Shown here in pieces: positions 59,630-64,000 of a stretch of DNA of 64,000 bases. Position numbers and translations under genes: made by a program. This DNA is from an uncultured Alphaproteobacteria bacterium (GTDB taxonomy: Bacteria > Pseudomonadota > Alphaproteobacteria > Rs-D84). The first letter of the stretch is position 1, and each line of letters opens with the position of its first letter. Where the stretch lies: assembly GCA_947053455.1 (NCBI GenBank), contig CAMRSV010000005.1, positions 1 to 64,000 of the forward strand, given 5' to 3'. A model generated the notes under the pieces. The model was not told the DNA's origin and made no database searches. It saw only the letters and a list, made by a program, of their open reading frames with translations.

Positions 59630-61285
59630 ATGAAACAGTCAATAAAATATTTTTACAATTTTGAAAAGTTGGGAAGCATCCTGATACCGGCTGTTGTATT
59701 GCTGATAACATCAACAACAGCGGCAACCGCCGCAGTGGTTCAACGCGGTGGCACCGCAACAGCAAATCGCGCACCAGTTGCGCGCGCAAACAACGCCGCG
59801 GCAATTGTTCCAATCATGGCAGCTGCATCGGAAACCGTGACCGAAACCGTTACAACAACGCCAACAACCGCTACGGATGCGCCAACAAATGACATAGACG
59901 AAATCATTGAAAACAAATCGTCCCAATTTGACGAGGTTTTAAGTGATATTAACGCATCTGCACAGACAACGACGGACAGTCAACTGTCGGAAAATATTCG
60001 TCGGCAACGTGCCGCATTGGATTCGGCCGCCGCAACAGACACCGCAAAACGCCAGGCACAAAACGCCGCGGCAAATGGGCAAAATGCCTGCGACCAGGGA
60101 TTGCGTAAATGTATGCAATCAAAATGTGGTGATGATTTTTCTCAATGCAAACTGGATGATGACACAATTTGGGGTGGCAAAGTTGAATCATGCAAACGCG
60201 ACCTGCCCTGCAGTGGCGAAGAATACGCATTATTCGCCCGCGAGATTAAAGCCGACCGCGATGCAAACGCACAATTGGCGTCATACAATGCGATAATAAA
60301 CTGCGGCAATGATTATAACAATTGCATTTTGGCGCAATGTGACACAACATTTGCAAAATGTCTGGGCAAGAAAAACGGAGATGCGGCGATTGCGGCATGT
60401 GAAAAAATAGCAAAAAATTGCGTACAACAGGACAGTGGCCTGGCCTCCCGTAGTATGAATGTGTTTGCGACATTGCGCCAAAATGCTGAAAAACAGGTTC
60501 AGGCGGACGAGAAAAAATTATATGAACTGCGCGACCAAATGCGGTCACAGTGCCAACGGTTGGGCGCCATGCTGGATGAACGCACAATGGACTGTGTATT
60601 TACGGTTGAATTTTATGCCGGCGAAGGTTCGACACTCTATGCGTCTAAAAAGGCATACCCGGGTACAACATTTGATTGCACACCAAATTGGTTCGGTGTT
60701 GATATTACAACATTCAAGGAAAATGCATATCGCCTGACAAGGGAACAGGAATCTGCGACATCCGCATTTATGGGTGCAGGTGTCGGGGTTGCTGCGGGTG
60801 CAATTACATCGGGCGCAATCAACCGCGCAATGGACACGCAAAAGGCAAAACGCGCGCTTAAGAAAGAAGAAAAAGCCCAGAAAAAAGCCGAGAAGGAAAA
60901 AGAAACCCAGTCAGAATTAGACACAAATAGCAAAAAATCTCCGGAGGCAGATATAAAATTTCGGACAGAAGTTACAAAACGTACCGAAAAAGGCCGTAAA
61001 CTTGACACAAAAGAAGATGTCGCTAAAACGACAACAAAAACTATGGAAGACACCATATCAAAAGGGACAGACAAATTGGACGAAAAAGCTGGTATCAAGC
61101 TTGAAAATAATAAAACATTTGAAAAACAAATATTGGACAATGCCCCAAAAGGCGGAGTATTGGAACAAGTAAAAAATGAACGCAATGCTGAAAGTGGTAC
61201 AACTAATACAAATACAAATACAAAATATAGTTTAGGTGGAGTATCTGGCCTAGGAACGACGAGTTCACCGTCACTTCCCAAGTGA
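59630..61285 (+). CDS. Secreted Cys-rich protein with glycine zipper and charged tail
   Basis: CDQGLRKCMQSKCGDDFSQC; GAGVGVAAGAITSG. Confidence 0.8.
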   Translation: MKQSIKYFYNFEKLGSILIPAVVLLITSTTAATAAVVQRGGTATANRAPVARANNAAAIVPIMAAASETVTETVTTTPTTATDAPTNDIDEIIENKSSQFDEVLSDINASAQTTTDSQLSENIRRQRAALDSAAATDTAKRQAQNAAANGQNACDQGLRKCMQSKCGDDFSQCKLDDDTIWGGKVESCKRDLPCSGEEYALFAREIKADRDANAQLASYNAIINCGNDYNNCILAQCDTTFAKCLGKKNGDAAIAACEKIAKNCVQQDSGLASRSMNVFATLRQNAEKQVQADEKKLYELRDQMRSQCQRLGAMLDERTMDCVFTVEFYAGEGSTLYASKKAYPGTTFDCTPNWFGVDITTFKENAYRLTREQESATSAFMGAGVGVAAGAITSGAINRAMDTQKAKRALKKEEKAQKKAEKEKETQSELDTNSKKSPEADIKFRTEVTKRTEKGRKLDTKEDVAKTTTKTMEDTISKGTDKLDEKAGIKLENNKTFEKQILDNAPKGGVLEQVKNERNAESGTTNTNTNTKYSLGGVSGLGTTSSPSLPK

Positions 61286-61308
61286 TTTGCCCAGCAGGAA
61301 ATCTATAA

Positions 61309-63471
61309 ATGAAAAAAATTATTATTGCATTTTTACCGGTAATCTTTCTAGCCCTGCCCGCGCTGGGCAATATGGATATATCCGGCAAAATTGTCGATGA
61401 AAATGGCGACCCGATTATCGGCGCCGCCGTTGTATCTTCAACCGATAACACCAAAGGCGTCGCAACCGCCAGCGATGGAACATTTACTATCAAAGACTTT
61501 CCAGATAACGCAAAGGTTAATATTTCTTTTATAGGGTATACAAAACAAGAATTGTCACCAAGTGCAAATATGGGAACAATAAAACTAACAGAAGATGGCA
61601 TCGCCGCAGATGCGGTTGTTGTAAAGCCGGAAGACGGGCAAACATGCAAATTACAAGAAGGCGCCGAAAAAGCAACAATCCAAGATGGGAAGTGTGTAAT
61701 CCAAAAATGCAAAGATGGGTATAAGCATAACAAAGAAAAAAACACATGTGAAAAAAAAGCAGAAAAGAGCACACCTGCTGCTGATGACAAAAACACAAAG
61801 TCCGAAGAAAAGAGCGAAGATAAAAAAACAGATGCCACCACAGATGATGCAAAATCATCTGACGAACAAAAAGCGCAGAAGTCAGATACAGGGGCAAAAA
61901 AAAGTAAGCCGGAATTAACCGACCAGCAAAAGGCAGAGAAATTAAAAGAACTGCAGGAAAACTATAACGACATGAAGGCCAAAGAGCAATCAATTGCCGC
62001 CCGCACAACGGCGGCGGCGGCGATTGGAGGTATGGGCGCCGGGTTAGAAAAAACATTGCAAGCAACCGCGGAACAAGATGCCGACAAACAGGCCGAACAA
62101 AGCATGAAAGCATATCTGGAAACATTCCGGTGTGATTTTGGCCAGGGTCGAAACATCAAGGGTGGTGAAACAAAAAAGGAATTACCGACCAGCAAAACAT
62201 TGCCGTCAATTAAATCAGAGTACGTCAACCTGGCGCAAAGTTTGAAAGAATTGAAAGAGTCACTGGAAATGGCGCCGGGTGTAGAATCAGAATTAATATT
62301 AAATGCGGCAGATACCGGATTGTACGACGATGTATCGCTGGGTAACACGGGTGGCAAATACGCATCGGTTGCACGTGCATTGATGAATCCAGAAAGCGAT
62401 GATGCCAAGGCGTGGGCTGCGCAAAAGGCGGAAACGGCCCAAACATTAAAGACCGGCAAAACCGCCCTTGGCGTAGGCGCGGCGGTGGGACTTGCCGGGA
62501 ACGTATTAATAGAAACACTAGACAAGCGCAAGGAACGTTCAGCCGAGATAAACCAAAAATATGAACGCATGAAAAAGTTTGCCGAGCAGCAAGAGGTAGA
62601 GCAAAGCAAATTGCCAGATTCCGCCAAATGTTCGGATGTATCGGGTGCGACGGGGACATATCCAAATTGCACATGCACAGATAAATCAAAATACTTTAGT
62701 ACTGGGCACGGATGCGTATCATGCGCGGCAGGCCAAACATATGATGCGTCAGTGGGGGAATGCAAATGCCCGTCTAATAAACCGGTGCTAGACAATGGTC
62801 AATGTATTGCGCAGAAGCCAAGTTGTAGCAAGAGCGGATTATTAGCAAGTGGGAAGTGTGAATGCGCCGCTAATACTATTGAGAAAAATGGTGAATGCGT
62901 ATGCGACAAATCCAAAGGTTATGTATTGAACGAAGCGCAGACAGCATGCGAAAAAGTAGACGTGCCGCCGGCCGCGACACCTGATGTGGCGCAGACAACA
63001 CCGAATATCATAAATACGATAAAAGATTCAATACAGAATGATACCGAGGAAGAAAAGCCAGCCGAAAAAGAAACGGTGTTTAAGTTTAATTATGATTCTG
63101 ACAAGTTGTTTGCGCTTGGCAAATCAAGTTTAAACTCTACCGCATCACAAGAGTTTATAAAGAACTTTAACAACAAACTAACCGAGGCGTTAAAGGCGGA
63201 CGGAATAGAAGATATAAACAAGGTAGAATATTGTGCAACGGTAGAGGGACACACAGATAAAAGTGGCGGAGACGCTGTGAACATAAAACTGTCAAAGGCG
63301 CGTGCGGAAACGATAAAAAACCTGTTGTCACAAAACGGAACACCGTTAAACAGTGCGAAAGTACAGTCATATGGTGTCGGCTCAATTGAATGCGACAAAC
63401 TGTACGACAAATCTTGCAGAAAGGTCACGCTTATTATTAGCACGGGAACTTGCCAGACCCCAAAAGGCTAG
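61309..63471 (+). CDS. Multidomain envelope protein: carboxypeptidase-regulatory-like N domain, Cys-rich repeats, C-terminal OmpA-like domain
   Basis: ISGKIVDENGDPIIGAAV..G.AT..DG.F...ISFIGY; CxC repeats; VEGHTD...LSKARAE..K. Confidence 0.82.
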   Translation: MKKIIIAFLPVIFLALPALGNMDISGKIVDENGDPIIGAAVVSSTDNTKGVATASDGTFTIKDFPDNAKVNISFIGYTKQELSPSANMGTIKLTEDGIAADAVVVKPEDGQTCKLQEGAEKATIQDGKCVIQKCKDGYKHNKEKNTCEKKAEKSTPAADDKNTKSEEKSEDKKTDATTDDAKSSDEQKAQKSDTGAKKSKPELTDQQKAEKLKELQENYNDMKAKEQSIAARTTAAAAIGGMGAGLEKTLQATAEQDADKQAEQSMKAYLETFRCDFGQGRNIKGGETKKELPTSKTLPSIKSEYVNLAQSLKELKESLEMAPGVESELILNAADTGLYDDVSLGNTGGKYASVARALMNPESDDAKAWAAQKAETAQTLKTGKTALGVGAAVGLAGNVLIETLDKRKERSAEINQKYERMKKFAEQQEVEQSKLPDSAKCSDVSGATGTYPNCTCTDKSKYFSTGHGCVSCAAGQTYDASVGECKCPSNKPVLDNGQCIAQKPSCSKSGLLASGKCECAANTIEKNGECVCDKSKGYVLNEAQTACEKVDVPPAATPDVAQTTPNIINTIKDSIQNDTEEEKPAEKETVFKFNYDSDKLFALGKSSLNSTASQEFIKNFNNKLTEALKADGIEDINKVEYCATVEGHTDKSGGDAVNIKLSKARAETIKNLLSQNGTPLNSAKVQSYGVGSIECDKLYDKSCRKVTLIISTGTCQTPKG

Positions 63472-63857
63472 TAGATTCCATGCATCAACATAGGAAATAA
63501 AATCGGCGGTCAAAATCAGGTACGCCGATTTTATTATGCCGTCTGCCGCGGCGGCAACAAAAAATCCGGTGATACAGAATATCGTATTAATTATATATTT
63601 AATTGCCCCCATGTCACAATTTATGTAATTTGGCACAAAAAATAGCCGCCGATTCCCGCATTTTTTCAGCCAGGCGCAATGCGGGGCGCATGAAACAGAA
63701 CGTTATACATTATATCATCACACTCAATTAACGATAAATTAGCATACGTGGAATCTATTGCTTGGTAATTCATAACATCATAATGAACTATATACAATAA
63801 AAAACCGCCCAATCGGACGGCCTTTTTTAGAGAAACATAAACTTACTATAATCTACA

Positions 63858-64000
63858 TTATTGCCCGGTGGCTTCGCATGCGCCCGATGTTATCGCAACG
63901 GTTTCATTTATTGTGCATCCATTAGACTTTATGCTGCACGCGGAATAAACCAATGATGACTTGCCGTCATCGTCCGTATAACGAACCTGGGCTGTCTTGC
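63858..64000 (-). CDS. 3' end of a hypothetical protein running off the window
   Basis: Open frame KTAQVRYTDDDGKSSLVYSACSIKSNGCTINETVAITSGACEATGQ*, followed by a terminator-like hairpin near 63800-63828. Confidence 0.55.
   Translation of the reverse strand, partial: KTAQVRYTDDDGKSSLVYSACSIKSNGCTINETVAITSGACEATGQ

Noticed and set aside
61962-62795. Long antisense ORFs (also 33269..33994, 60637..61281, 61203..61841)
   Set aside because: Shadows of well-supported genes on the opposite strand with no independent protein signal

Overview
Chromosomal window from an alphaproteobacterium (CcrM-type methyltransferase, lipid A genes msbA/lpxL), probably a host/gut-associated uncultured lineage (inference). 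It mixes scattered housekeeping genes (pth, polA, rpmB, clpB, rpsU, recO, rpsF-rpsR-rplI, infA, clpP-clpX, pgk, rnhB, nrdR, ccrM) and four tRNAs with many lineage-specific secreted Cys-rich proteins and orphan ORFs. I saw no transposase, integrase, reverse transcriptase, phage module or CRISPR array. The most striking unexplained signal is a family of six dispersed ~160-245 nt non-coding leaders (19844+, 20600-, 22811+, 27457-, 41917-, 53142-). Each sits behind a sigma70-like promoter and ends in an intrinsic terminator just upstream of a gene. Their sequences differ, but long-range pairings covary in all six and imply two mutually exclusive folds (terminated vs anti-terminated). This is a candidate new riboswitch/attenuator family upstream of XRE-like HTH proteins, small ORFs and secreted Cys-rich proteins. 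Other notable items: a tRNA-Leu with the rare AAG anticodon, an expanded CMDxFC Cys-rich secreted protein family, an ankyrin/pseudo-subtilase surface protein, an N-domain-less ClpB and a nonsense-interrupted repeat protein. All calls were made by eye; no database search or folding program was run.
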